A stretch of DNA of 64,000 bases from Patescibacteria group bacterium (GTDB lineage: Bacteria; Patescibacteriota; Microgenomatia; Levybacterales; UBA12049). Below, in pieces: positions 41,193 through 50,845 of this stretch (positions are counted from its first letter, which is position 1; every line of letters begins with the position of its first letter). The DNA is taken from positions 11,629 through 75,628 of the forward strand of contig JBBTVD010000020.1 of the NCBI GenBank assembly GCA_038063415.1, in the 5' to 3' direction. Below the pieces are notes generated by a model. It had not been told where the DNA came from and ran no database searches. It worked only from the letters and a program-made list of their open reading frames with translations. A program made the translations under genes and the position numbers.

Positions 41193-42548
41193 ATGGCGAG
41201 AGTAGATCATGAATCAGGAAGAACCAGTGTACTCGATCTAAATCGAGCAAAAGCAGTTGGATTCTTGGATTATAACTTGAGAGGACAAAGACATAAAACT
41301 TCAGTCATGCATGATTGGCGTGATTTTTTGGCAAGTGGAAGGACCGGAGGTTATCTTGAATTACCTACAGGCGCAGATAAGACCATTGTAGCTGAATTTG
41401 TGGCACTTGGTCTGAAGACAATTGTTACCTCATCAACAAGAGAGACCTTAGATGAAACGAAAGCAACAATTGAGAGTCATGCAGGGGGGATTGAGGTAAC
41501 TAATTATGATGGCCGCCTAACAGGTGTAAGAGGAAATGTCATCAACACAACATTACCTTCCCTTGAAACATTATCAGATATTCCAGCGGTTGCAAAAGGA
41601 GTAGAATTGATCATTGTTGATGATGATACATTGGGAAGACAACGCCAGGAACTGTGGCGGAGATTTCCAAATGCGCTTTTTGTAGGACTTACCACTACAT
41701 CGGATTTTTCTCAACGTGATCAATTAGAACGCAGAGGGACGGTAGATCCGGGTGAACGTTGGACGGGAATGTTTAAAAATCGTATTCATAGGCTTAGCAG
41801 AGAGGAATTAGTGACAAAAGCTAAAATAGGAGAAAGAATAGCAGCAGCAACTGACCTTCCATCAATAAATAATGTCCTTGATGATATGGTAATAATGGTA
41901 CGCAAACGTAATCAAGCAGGATCAGTTTTAGATTTTTATAGAATGATGGCAGAACTCCTTCCAGACACGCTTCGTCTAGATAAACAAGAAATACTTTTAG
42001 AAGGAATAAGTAATACGAATGTTGATCAACAAAAAATGGGAAAAAAAGCCTTGTTGTTCCTTAATCTGAGATCTGTCTTTACCGTAGTACAACCGCATTT
42101 TTCTGCTGATGAAGAGACAAATGTAGAGATCTTGCAAACAGCATTATTGCAATGTTATGAGAAAATGAAAAATAAAAAAACAACTCCGCAACAAATATTA
42201 AGGGAAGGGGCGACTGCTTCATTGGTAAGAAAGCAAAGAGAGATGCAGGAGGTAATCGTCTATCGGGATACGAGAGAGCCCGATAGGGAAGATGGAAGAC
42301 AAGCTGATCTTATGAGCGCTGTTGAGGAGAGGGCTATGATTGCTTCTGTTTTAGGAGAACTTTCTGAAAGAGAAAGAAAAGTGATAGAATTACGTTTTGG
42401 GATTGGAACTAATGATTGGAGAGAACAAACTCTGGAGGAAGTCGGTCATGTAGTTGGTGTATCAGGGAGAAGAATTAGCGTAATTGAGACAAAAACATTA
42501 AGTAAGTTACGAGACACGAGATTAAGGAAGTTTCTCGATGATTTATGA
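41193..42548 (+). CDS. Degenerate SF2 helicase N-domain fused to sigma70 region-2-like and region-4 domains (copy 1)
   Basis: LPTGADKT, LIIVDD, LFVGLTTT; NLRSVFTVV; LSERERKVIELRFG..EQTLEEVG...ISVIETKTLSKLR. Confidence 0.75.
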   Translation: MARVDHESGRTSVLDLNRAKAVGFLDYNLRGQRHKTSVMHDWRDFLASGRTGGYLELPTGADKTIVAEFVALGLKTIVTSSTRETLDETKATIESHAGGIEVTNYDGRLTGVRGNVINTTLPSLETLSDIPAVAKGVELIIVDDDTLGRQRQELWRRFPNALFVGLTTTSDFSQRDQLERRGTVDPGERWTGMFKNRIHRLSREELVTKAKIGERIAAATDLPSINNVLDDMVIMVRKRNQAGSVLDFYRMMAELLPDTLRLDKQEILLEGISNTNVDQQKMGKKALLFLNLRSVFTVVQPHFSADEETNVEILQTALLQCYEKMKNKKTTPQQILREGATASLVRKQREMQEVIVYRDTREPDREDGRQADLMSAVEERAMIASVLGELSERERKVIELRFGIGTNDWREQTLEEVGHVVGVSGRRISVIETKTLSKLRDTRLRKFLDDL

Positions 42549-42554
42549 TAGTAC

Positions 42555-42582
42555 AAAGGTTTGAGTCTGTCTACCGTGAGCC
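42555..42582 (+). repeat. att-like left arm (motif A), truncated; copy at 46687-46714
   Basis: AAAGGTTTGAGTCTGTCTACCGTGAG. Confidence 0.65.
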
Positions 42583-42643
42583 ATATTTAGCTCATATTAT
42601 ATCAAGAAAGTCTTTATACAACTCTACTGATTTCTGCTAAAAT

Positions 42644-42955
42644 ATGGCAATGAGTCAAAAGTTGAGTTTCAAACCATCGGATATTGAAAAAGTATATAAA
42701 GATCAGGCCAAAAGATATTCAGGCTTTGCTAATGATTCTTTCAGTTGGCTTTATCTTGAAAAGCCATGGGGCACAACATCACCGCTATTTTTGAGACCAG
42801 TTGCTGATATTGTAAATGAAACAATAAAAGCGGGTTTTACTATAAAGTCATTAGAAGAACCCTCTGTTCCATTGGCAGCAAAAAAAGCAGACCATGTGAA
42901 TTATTTGAAGTATTCTTTTTGCCCATCACGAATTGCTGTCATTGCCACAAAATAA
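42644..42955 (+). pseudogene. Internally deleted class I SAM methyltransferase remnant (copy 1)
   Basis: N-terminus (YKDQAKRY...LYLEKP) joined directly to C-terminus (RPVADIVNETIKAGFTIKSLEEP); GxG motif absent. Confidence 0.6.
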
Positions 42956-43053
42956 AAATGATGAATCAACCACAAAGCTTGTTGGTGCAACGTAGGGGGC
43001 TAAGGAGTTTTGTTGCAATGATCCAAATGCTCATGAGAAGAGTATATCATTAA

Positions 43054-43100
43054 GTTAGAATTTTTTACGCACAGAATCAGGAGTTTAAATTCCAAGCTTT
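43054..43100 (+). repeat. att-like right arm (motif B); copy at 47186-47232
   Basis: GTTAGAATTTTTTACGCACAGAATCAGGAGTTTAAATTCCAAGCTTT. Confidence 0.7.
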
Positions 43101-43198
43101 ATATGAATTACTTTAGGGATGGTGTTAAATGTTAAAATGGCAATTGTTAAATGTTCGATAGTGTGATATTCTCTTTTTAGCTTCAAATTTAGCTAAAT

Positions 43199-44371
43199 AT
43201 GTTAAATATTGAAAATAAAATGAGTAAGTATTCATACGACAAATTATTACTAGTACAGCCCAAATTTAACTCTACTTTGACAGATTTAATTATTGAGTTA
43301 GATTATTTAAGGAAAAAGCCTTTAGGTGGTAGCACTCCACCTCGGATATTTTTCCAATTAAAAAGTATATTTCATACCTTAGAAAGTATTGGGTCTGCAC
43401 GTATTGAAGGAAATCATACGACTATTGCTGAGTTTATTGAAACGAAGTTAGAGAAACATAAGAGTAAAGACGAAAAAATAAATGAAATTCAAAATATAGA
43501 AGCAGCAATGGATTTTATTGATAATTCTATAGATGCAACACCTATAAATGACGCTTTCATACGTGAGTTACATAAGAGAGTTGTGGGTGGTTTATCTCCT
43601 CATGAAGAAGGAGATACTCATCCTGGTGAATATCGAAAAGGAAATATTAAAATTGCTGGTACACAACATGTACCCCCAGAATCTCTGCAAGTCATTGATT
43701 ATATGCAGGAGTTAAATGGATTTATTAATAATGACGATCCACATAAATATGATCTGCTTAAAATTGCATTAGCACATCATCGTTTTGTATGGATTCACCC
43801 CTTTGGAAATGGTAATGGTCGTACTGTTAGATTACTTACCTACGCACAACTTATAAAGTCAGGTTTTAATGTTCACGTAGGAAGAATTATTAACCCTACT
43901 GCAATTTTTTGTAGCGATCGAGAGAAATATTATTCGTATTTATCGAAAGCAGATGCAGGGGATAGTACTGGCCTCTTAAATTGGAGTGAGTATGTGTTAT
44001 CTGGATTGAAACAGGAGATAGAAAAAATTGACCATTTGTTAGATTATAGTTATTTATCTGAAAAAATATTACTTCCTGCCATTAGTTTCTCACTTGATAG
44101 AAAAGTTATTACTCAGCTTGAGGCGGATATTTTAAAAATTGCGGTTAAAAAACAATTATTTCAAGCATCAGACTTAAAAGAACTATTTCCCAACACAATT
44201 CCGGCTCAAGTTTCTCGTTATATCAGTCGTTTGAAAGAAAAAAAGATGATTGCTCCGGAAAATAAAAATAGTAGAAAGTACCTTATAGATTTTGGTAATA
44301 ATTACTTACTTCGGGGTGTTATTAAAATGTTAGATCAACATGGTTTTTTACCTCTTAAAGGAGAGTCTTAA
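43199..44371 (+). CDS. Fic-family protein with C-terminal HTH (copy 1)
   Basis: SARIEGN inhibitory motif; HPFGNGNGRTVR. Confidence 0.92.
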   Translation: MLNIENKMSKYSYDKLLLVQPKFNSTLTDLIIELDYLRKKPLGGSTPPRIFFQLKSIFHTLESIGSARIEGNHTTIAEFIETKLEKHKSKDEKINEIQNIEAAMDFIDNSIDATPINDAFIRELHKRVVGGLSPHEEGDTHPGEYRKGNIKIAGTQHVPPESLQVIDYMQELNGFINNDDPHKYDLLKIALAHHRFVWIHPFGNGNGRTVRLLTYAQLIKSGFNVHVGRIINPTAIFCSDREKYYSYLSKADAGDSTGLLNWSEYVLSGLKQEIEKIDHLLDYSYLSEKILLPAISFSLDRKVITQLEADILKIAVKKQLFQASDLKELFPNTIPAQVSRYISRLKEKKMIAPENKNSRKYLIDFGNNYLLRGVIKMLDQHGFLPLKGES

Positions 44372-44427
44372 AAGGTTCGAGTCCGTCCGTCGTAAAGCTA
44401 GAGTTCGAGGCTGAAATGTTGGGCAGG
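44371..44427 (+). repeat. att-like left arm (motif A) plus core
   Basis: AAAGGTTCGAGTCCGTCCGTCGTAAAGCTAGAGTTCGAGGCTGAAATGTTGGGCAGG. Confidence 0.8.
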
Positions 44428-44453
44428 ACAAACGTCTGCTATACTTATTAAGG

Positions 44454-45266
44454 ATGACGCCTTTACAAATAGGACTTGGTACCAGTATATTTATCAATCT
44501 AATAATTGGGCTACTCTATATCGCTATCCTACAAGAGCCAGGTTCAGCATATTATTTTTTTCTCTTTCTTACTTTCTTCAGCGGTTCCTTTCTTGCAGGA
44601 ATTCTTGCATCTCTAAAAGCGCAAAAAAGGAAACGCAGGGAGTTCGTTGTTTCTAGTAGTATAGGGTTTGGCATTACCTGTATGTTATTTCTTATTACCT
44701 ATGGAGTTCTTCCCCAATTTGATCGAACAAATGTTAGATTACCTGTATTCTGCGAAGGAAATCAAGGCGACCTTAAGATACCTTTTCAATTGAGATACAC
44801 TTTACCCAATGGAGAGATTGGTATATTGATAAAGAGTAACGCTGAAACTGCTGTTGTAGCCACTATTGATACAAGTAATCCATCTGATGCAAGCACGGTC
44901 TTTGTGGTAAGCAAAGATGGCAATAAAATGCTGAGAACGATGCATTTTGAGAACGATGTTATTAGTGCCGCTATCGATGAGGGAATTGTTTACATTTTCA
45001 ATGACAAGTTAGGGTATCTTCTGGACGAACATACTGGCGAGGATGAAAAAACATTTCTTAAAATAGATAACTATGGTGGTCTTTCCCAATCTAATAACCC
45101 CATTCTTCCATTTGGTTCTGATGGTTATTGGTATATGGAAACGACTGGTATCATCTCAAGTTGGCATATTGATGGGAAAGTCAAATCACGACCTCGTTTG
45201 GTGTTTAATGGCATTGCGCGAGGTTGTTTTATATCAGGTGAGACTGGTCAGGTTATTAACCTCTGA
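44454..45266 (+). CDS. Membrane protein X, copy 2 (full length, 3 TM plus soluble domain)
   Basis: ATG ORF with three hydrophobic helices. Confidence 0.75.
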   Translation: MTPLQIGLGTSIFINLIIGLLYIAILQEPGSAYYFFLFLTFFSGSFLAGILASLKAQKRKRREFVVSSSIGFGITCMLFLITYGVLPQFDRTNVRLPVFCEGNQGDLKIPFQLRYTLPNGEIGILIKSNAETAVVATIDTSNPSDASTVFVVSKDGNKMLRTMHFENDVISAAIDEGIVYIFNDKLGYLLDEHTGEDEKTFLKIDNYGGLSQSNNPILPFGSDGYWYMETTGIISSWHIDGKVKSRPRLVFNGIARGCFISGETGQVINL

Positions 45267-45324
45267 GAAGTAATTATGCATTCACTTGAAAAGCCCATAG
45301 TTTTATGATAAGATTTACGACTCT

Positions 45325-46680
45325 ATGGCGAGAGTAGATCATGAATCAGGAAGAACCAGTGTACTCGATCTAAATCGAGCAAAAGCAGTTGGATTCTTGG
45401 ATTATAACTTGAGAGGACAAAGACATAAAACTTCAGTCATGCATGATTGGCGTGATTTTTTGGCAAGTGGAAGGACCGGAGGTTATCTTGAATTACCTAC
45501 AGGCGCAGATAAGACCATTGTAGCTGAATTTGTGGCACTTGGTCTGAAGACAATTGTTACCTCATCAACAAGAGAGACCTTAGATGAAACGAAAGCAACA
45601 ATTGAGAGTCATGCAGGGGGGATTGAGGTAACTAATTATGATGGCCGCCTAACAGGTGTAAGAGGAAATGTCATCAACACAACATTACCTTCCCTTGAAA
45701 CATTATCAGATATTCCAGCGGTTGCAAAAGGAGTAGAATTGATCATTGTTGATGATGATACATTGGGAAGACAACGCCAGGAACTGTGGCGGAGATTTCC
45801 AAATGCGCTTTTTGTAGGACTTACCACTACATCGGATTTTTCTCAACGTGATCAATTAGAACGCAGAGGGACGGTAGATCCGGGTGAACGTTGGACGGGA
45901 ATGTTTAAAAATCGTATTCATAGGCTTAGCAGAGAGGAATTAGTGACAAAAGCTAAAATAGGAGAAAGAATAGCAGCAGCAACTGACCTTCCATCAATAA
46001 ATAATGTCCTTGATGATATGGTAATAATGGTACGCAAACGTAATCAAGCAGGATCAGTTTTAGATTTTTATAGAATGATGGCAGAACTCCTTCCAGACAC
46101 GCTTCGTCTAGATAAACAAGAAATACTTTTAGAAGGAATAAGTAATACGAATGTTGATCAACAAAAAATGGGAAAAAAAGCCTTGTTGTTCCTTAATCTG
46201 AGATCTGTCTTTACCGTAGTACAACCGCATTTTTCTGCTGATGAAGAGACAAATGTAGAGATCTTGCAAACAGCATTATTGCAATGTTATGAGAAAATGA
46301 AAAATAAAAAAACAACTCCGCAACAAATATTAAGGGAAGGGGCGACTGCTTCATTGGTAAGAAAGCAAAGAGAGATGCAGGAGGTAATCGTCTATCGGGA
46401 TACGAGAGAGCCCGATAGGGAAGATGGAAGACAAGCTGATCTTATGAGCGCTGTTGAGGAGAGGGCTATGATTGCTTCTGTTTTAGGAGAACTTTCTGAA
46501 AGAGAAAGAAAAGTGATAGAATTACGTTTTGGGATTGGAACTAATGATTGGAGAGAACAAACTCTGGAGGAAGTCGGTCATGTAGTTGGTGTATCAGGGA
46601 GAAGAATTAGCGTAATTGAGACAAAAACATTAAGTAAGTTACGAGACACGAGATTAAGGAAGTTTCTCGATGATTTATGA
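45325..46680 (+). CDS. Degenerate helicase/sigma70 fusion (copy 2)
   Basis: Identical translation to 41193..42548. Confidence 0.75.
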   Translation: MARVDHESGRTSVLDLNRAKAVGFLDYNLRGQRHKTSVMHDWRDFLASGRTGGYLELPTGADKTIVAEFVALGLKTIVTSSTRETLDETKATIESHAGGIEVTNYDGRLTGVRGNVINTTLPSLETLSDIPAVAKGVELIIVDDDTLGRQRQELWRRFPNALFVGLTTTSDFSQRDQLERRGTVDPGERWTGMFKNRIHRLSREELVTKAKIGERIAAATDLPSINNVLDDMVIMVRKRNQAGSVLDFYRMMAELLPDTLRLDKQEILLEGISNTNVDQQKMGKKALLFLNLRSVFTVVQPHFSADEETNVEILQTALLQCYEKMKNKKTTPQQILREGATASLVRKQREMQEVIVYRDTREPDREDGRQADLMSAVEERAMIASVLGELSERERKVIELRFGIGTNDWREQTLEEVGHVVGVSGRRISVIETKTLSKLRDTRLRKFLDDL

Positions 46681-46775
46681 TAGTACAAAGGTTTGAGTCT
46701 GTCTACCGTGAGCCATATTTAGCTCATATTATATCAAGAAAGTCTTTATACAACTCTACTGATTTCTGCTAAAAT

Positions 46776-47087
46776 ATGGCAATGAGTCAAAAGTTGAGTT
46801 TCAAACCATCGGATATTGAAAAAGTATATAAAGATCAGGCCAAAAGATATTCAGGCTTTGCTAATGATTCTTTCAGTTGGCTTTATCTTGAAAAGCCATG
46901 GGGCACAACATCACCGCTATTTTTGAGACCAGTTGCTGATATTGTAAATGAAACAATAAAAGCGGGTTTTACTATAAAGTCATTAGAAGAACCCTCTGTT
47001 CCATTGGCAGCAAAAAAAGCAGACCATGTGAATTATTTGAAGTATTCTTTTTGCCCATCACGAATTGCTGTCATTGCCACAAAATAA
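46776..47087 (+). pseudogene. Methyltransferase remnant (copy 2)
   Basis: Identical to 42644..42955. Confidence 0.6.
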
Positions 47088-47330
47088 AAATGATGAATCA
47101 ACCACAAAGCTTGTTGGTGCAACGTAGGGGGCTAAGGAGTTTTGTTGCAATGATCCAAATGCTCATGAGAAGAGTATATCATTAAGTTAGAATTTTTTAC
47201 GCACAGAATCAGGAGTTTAAATTCCAAGCTTTATATGAATTACTTTAGGGATGGTGTTAAATGTTAAAATGGCAATTGTTAAATGTTCGATAGTGTGATA
47301 TTCTCTTTTTAGCTTCAAATTTAGCTAAAT

Positions 47331-48503
47331 ATGTTAAATATTGAAAATAAAATGAGTAAGTATTCATACGACAAATTATTACTAGTACAGCCCAAATTTA
47401 ACTCTACTTTGACAGATTTAATTATTGAGTTAGATTATTTAAGGAAAAAGCCTTTAGGTGGTAGCACTCCACCTCGGATATTTTTCCAATTAAAAAGTAT
47501 ATTTCATACCTTAGAAAGTATTGGGTCTGCACGTATTGAAGGAAATCATACGACTATTGCTGAGTTTATTGAAACGAAGTTAGAGAAACATAAGAGTAAA
47601 GACGAAAAAATAAATGAAATTCAAAATATAGAAGCAGCAATGGATTTTATTGATAATTCTATAGATGCAACACCTATAAATGACGCTTTCATACGTGAGT
47701 TACATAAGAGAGTTGTGGGTGGTTTATCTCCTCATGAAGAAGGAGATACTCATCCTGGTGAATATCGAAAAGGAAATATTAAAATTGCTGGTACACAACA
47801 TGTACCCCCAGAATCTCTGCAAGTCATTGATTATATGCAGGAGTTAAATGGATTTATTAATAATGACGATCCACATAAATATGATCTGCTTAAAATTGCA
47901 TTAGCACATCATCGTTTTGTATGGATTCACCCCTTTGGAAATGGTAATGGTCGTACTGTTAGATTACTTACCTACGCACAACTTATAAAGTCAGGTTTTA
48001 ATGTTCACGTAGGAAGAATTATTAACCCTACTGCAATTTTTTGTAGCGATCGAGAGAAATATTATTCGTATTTATCGAAAGCAGATGCAGGGGATAGTAC
48101 TGGCCTCTTAAATTGGAGTGAGTATGTGTTATCTGGATTGAAACAGGAGATAGAAAAAATTGACCATTTGTTAGATTATAGTTATTTATCTGAAAAAATA
48201 TTACTTCCTGCCATTAGTTTCTCACTTGATAGAAAAGTTATTACTCAGCTTGAGGCGGATATTTTAAAAATTGCGGTTAAAAAACAATTATTTCAAGCAT
48301 CAGACTTAAAAGAACTATTTCCCAACACAATTCCGGCTCAAGTTTCTCGTTATATCAGTCGTTTGAAAGAAAAAAAGATGATTGCTCCGGAAAATAAAAA
48401 TAGTAGAAAGTACCTTATAGATTTTGGTAATAATTACTTACTTCGGGGTGTTATTAAAATGTTAGATCAACATGGGTTTTTGCCTCTTAAAGGTGAGTCC
48501 TAA
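47331..48503 (+). CDS. Fic-family protein (copy 2)
   Basis: Identical protein; synonymous differences in the last ~9 codons. Confidence 0.92.
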   Translation: MLNIENKMSKYSYDKLLLVQPKFNSTLTDLIIELDYLRKKPLGGSTPPRIFFQLKSIFHTLESIGSARIEGNHTTIAEFIETKLEKHKSKDEKINEIQNIEAAMDFIDNSIDATPINDAFIRELHKRVVGGLSPHEEGDTHPGEYRKGNIKIAGTQHVPPESLQVIDYMQELNGFINNDDPHKYDLLKIALAHHRFVWIHPFGNGNGRTVRLLTYAQLIKSGFNVHVGRIINPTAIFCSDREKYYSYLSKADAGDSTGLLNWSEYVLSGLKQEIEKIDHLLDYSYLSEKILLPAISFSLDRKVITQLEADILKIAVKKQLFQASDLKELFPNTIPAQVSRYISRLKEKKMIAPENKNSRKYLIDFGNNYLLRGVIKMLDQHGFLPLKGES

Positions 48504-48620
48504 AAGGTTCGATTCTATCTGCCGTGAGGCTAGAATTCGAGGATAAATTATTGGGCAAGGGTACGCGCGCGGCGTTAGAACTCTTTACGCACAAAATTGT
48601 GAGTTTTATATTCCAGCTTT
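48503..48620 (+). repeat. Complete composite att-like site (A-core-B)
   Basis: AAAGGTTCGATTCTATCTGCCGTGAGGCTAGAATTCGAGGATAAATTATTGGGCAAGG...GTTAGAACTCTTTACGCACAAAATTGTGAGTTTTATATTCCAGCTTT. Confidence 0.85.
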
Positions 48621-48700
48621 TATTCAAATCATTCAAGAAGACATGTACTTCAGCTTGTGTAAGGCATATTCATATACGGTGCAATACGAAGCTAATAAGC

Positions 48701-49069
48701 CTATTTAATTACGCGGACTTGTCTGTGTTGATCGAGTTCATCTGCGTTAGTGATAGCCCATTGCTGTAATCCTTGTAAAGGTTCAACGAGACTAATTCCG
48801 AGCTTTGTTAGTGAATAGGAAACCTTTGTAACGTTCCCTTTTATGACTTTACGTTCAATAAAGCCATCTGTTTCGAGCTTGCGTAACGTTTGCGTCAACA
48901 TTTTTTGAGAAATACATTCAATTTTTCGTTTGAGTTCCCCAAAATAATAGGGCTGTTCCGAAAGTGCTGCTAGAACCAAAATAGTCCACTTATCTGCAAT
49001 TTTCATAAGTGCATAGCGGGTAATGCATACTGCGGAAAATATATTAAATTTAGAAGTTGGTTTCATCAC
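48701..49069 (-). CDS. HxlR-family transcriptional regulator
   Basis: IADKWTILVL, ISQKMLTQTLRKLE.DG, YSLT.LG. Confidence 0.92.
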   Translation of the reverse strand: MMKPTSKFNIFSAVCITRYALMKIADKWTILVLAALSEQPYYFGELKRKIECISQKMLTQTLRKLETDGFIERKVIKGNVTKVSYSLTKLGISLVEPLQGLQQWAITNADELDQHRQVRVIK

Positions 49070-49148
49070 TAGTTACCTTTTAGTGCCTTCTTGAAAAAAA
49101 GAAGGTAGTCACTTATAGTAACTATATGATAACACAAGGAGACTGTAT

Positions 49149-49814
49149 ATGAAAATAGCAATTATTGGAGCGGGTAATATCGGTGGATATCTCGCAACAC
49201 AGTTAAGTAAAGTTGGCCATGGAGTCACTATCTGTTTTACACGAAATGAAGAAAAGCTTAAAGAACGAGCTAGTAAAATTGGCAATGGTGTTCAGGGCTC
49301 TTCTGTACGTGAAGCGGTAAAAAAGAGTGAGCTAGTGATTTTATCTACCAGGTGGGAAGATATTGATGCCGCCTTGTTACAAGCGAAAGATTTATCAGAC
49401 AAAATAGTCATAGATGCAACAAATCAATATGGAGCAACAGGTCTTATAGATATTGGTACAAGCGTCGCAGTATTTAACCAAGCTCGTATGCCCGGAGTAA
49501 AACTCGTCAGGACTTTTAATATGTTCTTTGCAACGTATCTGTCCGAAGTTGGTCGTGGTCAACATCGACCGGTCGCTATGTTTTTTGCTTCCGAAGATAA
49601 ATACGCAAAAGAAGTTGCCACCCAGATTATAGCTGACATAGGTTTTGAACCAGTATATTTAGGTGGTTTGGATGTTGCTAAGTTTATTGAGATGCCGAAT
49701 GGAATGCTTGTCGGAAAAATATATCGACCCAAACAGGCACAAGCAATTGCTAAAGCTGTACAACAAGGTGATCTTGCTTTGGCTTCTCAACTGGCTAAAA
49801 ATGTAAGCGAGTAG
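49149..49814 (+). CDS. NADPH-dependent F420 reductase-like oxidoreductase
   Basis: KIAIIGAGNIG, VIDATN, VRTFN; divergent from HxlR. Confidence 0.85.
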   Translation: MKIAIIGAGNIGGYLATQLSKVGHGVTICFTRNEEKLKERASKIGNGVQGSSVREAVKKSELVILSTRWEDIDAALLQAKDLSDKIVIDATNQYGATGLIDIGTSVAVFNQARMPGVKLVRTFNMFFATYLSEVGRGQHRPVAMFFASEDKYAKEVATQIIADIGFEPVYLGGLDVAKFIEMPNGMLVGKIYRPKQAQAIAKAVQQGDLALASQLAKNVSE

Positions 49815-49897
49815 CCGCATTTTCTTTTAGGAAAAGGAGATCTTGTCCGCAGTTCGTAATTAGTGGTAGTAATTTTTCGGTCGTATATAGATACTTT

Positions 49898-50845
49898 TTA
49901 GAAACTATACCTGCCATTTACTGCGAGTTTAGCACCGTTAACAATTGCGGTTGTTCCATCATATTTATATACGAATGTACGTCCTGCTGAATCAGCTGCC
50001 ACAGAAAGAGCAAAAGAGCTTGAGGTATTTTGCCCAGAGCCCGTTTCAAACTGATCTTTTGCTGCAACCGGAAGATTAATTTGCGTATATCCTGACCCTC
50101 CGGAGTTAGCATCATATGTGAAATCAACCCAATAGAACATTACGTTCCCTAAAATGAAAAACGTTGCTTTGTTAGTTGTTGGATTATTAGTAAAAGCACC
50201 TCCACCCGAAGTATAAGTTGGTGTGAAATTAAAGGTTCCAGGATAGCCTTGTGGACTTGCTTCATAAGAATAGTAGGGATTTGTTATTGCCGAATTGGCA
50301 AGAGAATAATCATTATTAGCAAAAAGAGTTACAGTTGTATCGGTTGAATAGCTACTTGAGAGTACAACACCATAATAAGTTGTAGAATTATTAGTAAGTT
50401 TCACACGTGTACCTTTAGTAAAGATTGCTGTTCGGTCAGTACCTGATATTTTGAAGCTATTTGCAGAAACATATGTCCATGTATCATTCGCTGTAGTCCA
50501 ACCATCTTGATTAGCTAAAGACAATGTTGCTCCAGAACTACTTCTGGATATAGTCAAACCATTGCCCGCATTAACATCTTTGAGCCAAGTTACTTGAGTT
50601 AAACCGGTATCGCAGCTTGCCCCCGGTGACACTAGTGTGACGATTCCGCGAGAGTCTTCGCATGCATTAATCAGACTACTATCACCCCAACTTCCAAAAC
50701 TAGCATGTACCAAACGAACAAAGTAGGGTCCAAAAAGTGTAAACGTAATTCCGAAGAGAATCACAAGAAGAGGAATACCAAAAGAGAAAATAAGACGGGT
50801 TCGCTTAACGATATGAAGGTATGATGTAATCTTAAGACGGTTCAT
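49898..50845 (-). CDS. Membrane-anchored/secreted protein with phage-tail-like beta domain
   Basis: N-terminal TM; DGW...TWTYVSANSFKISG.D.T...KG.RVKLT...ITNPYYS...PQGYP. Confidence 0.55.
   Translation of the reverse strand: MNRLKITSYLHIVKRTRLIFSFGIPLLVILFGITFTLFGPYFVRLVHASFGSWGDSSLINACEDSRGIVTLVSPGASCDTGLTQVTWLKDVNAGNGLTISRSSSGATLSLANQDGWTTANDTWTYVSANSFKISGTDRTAIFTKGTRVKLTNNSTTYYGVVLSSSYSTDTTVTLFANNDYSLANSAITNPYYSYEASPQGYPGTFNFTPTYTSGGGAFTNNPTTNKATFFILGNVMFYWVDFTYDANSGGSGYTQINLPVAAKDQFETGSGQNTSSSFALSVAADSAGRTFVYKYDGTTAIVNGAKLAVNGRYSF

Larger units (their letters stand above)
40676..44343 (+). repeat. Direct repeat unit 1 (3,668 bp; period 4,132 bp)
   Basis: Matches 44808..48475; all contained ORFs have identical translations. 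Confidence 0.92.
44808..48475 (+). repeat. Direct repeat unit 2
   Basis: Copy of 40676..44343. Confidence 0.92.

Noticed and set aside
44371-44400. GGTTCGAGTCC in motif A as a tRNA gene
   Set aside because: Only a T-arm-like string; no D or anticodon arms upstream (it abuts the Fic stop codon).
48524-48769. 81-aa ORF, and likewise 52403..52642
   Set aside because: They run through att-like sites or antisense to tRNA-Trp/HxlR with non-ATG starts; probably spurious.
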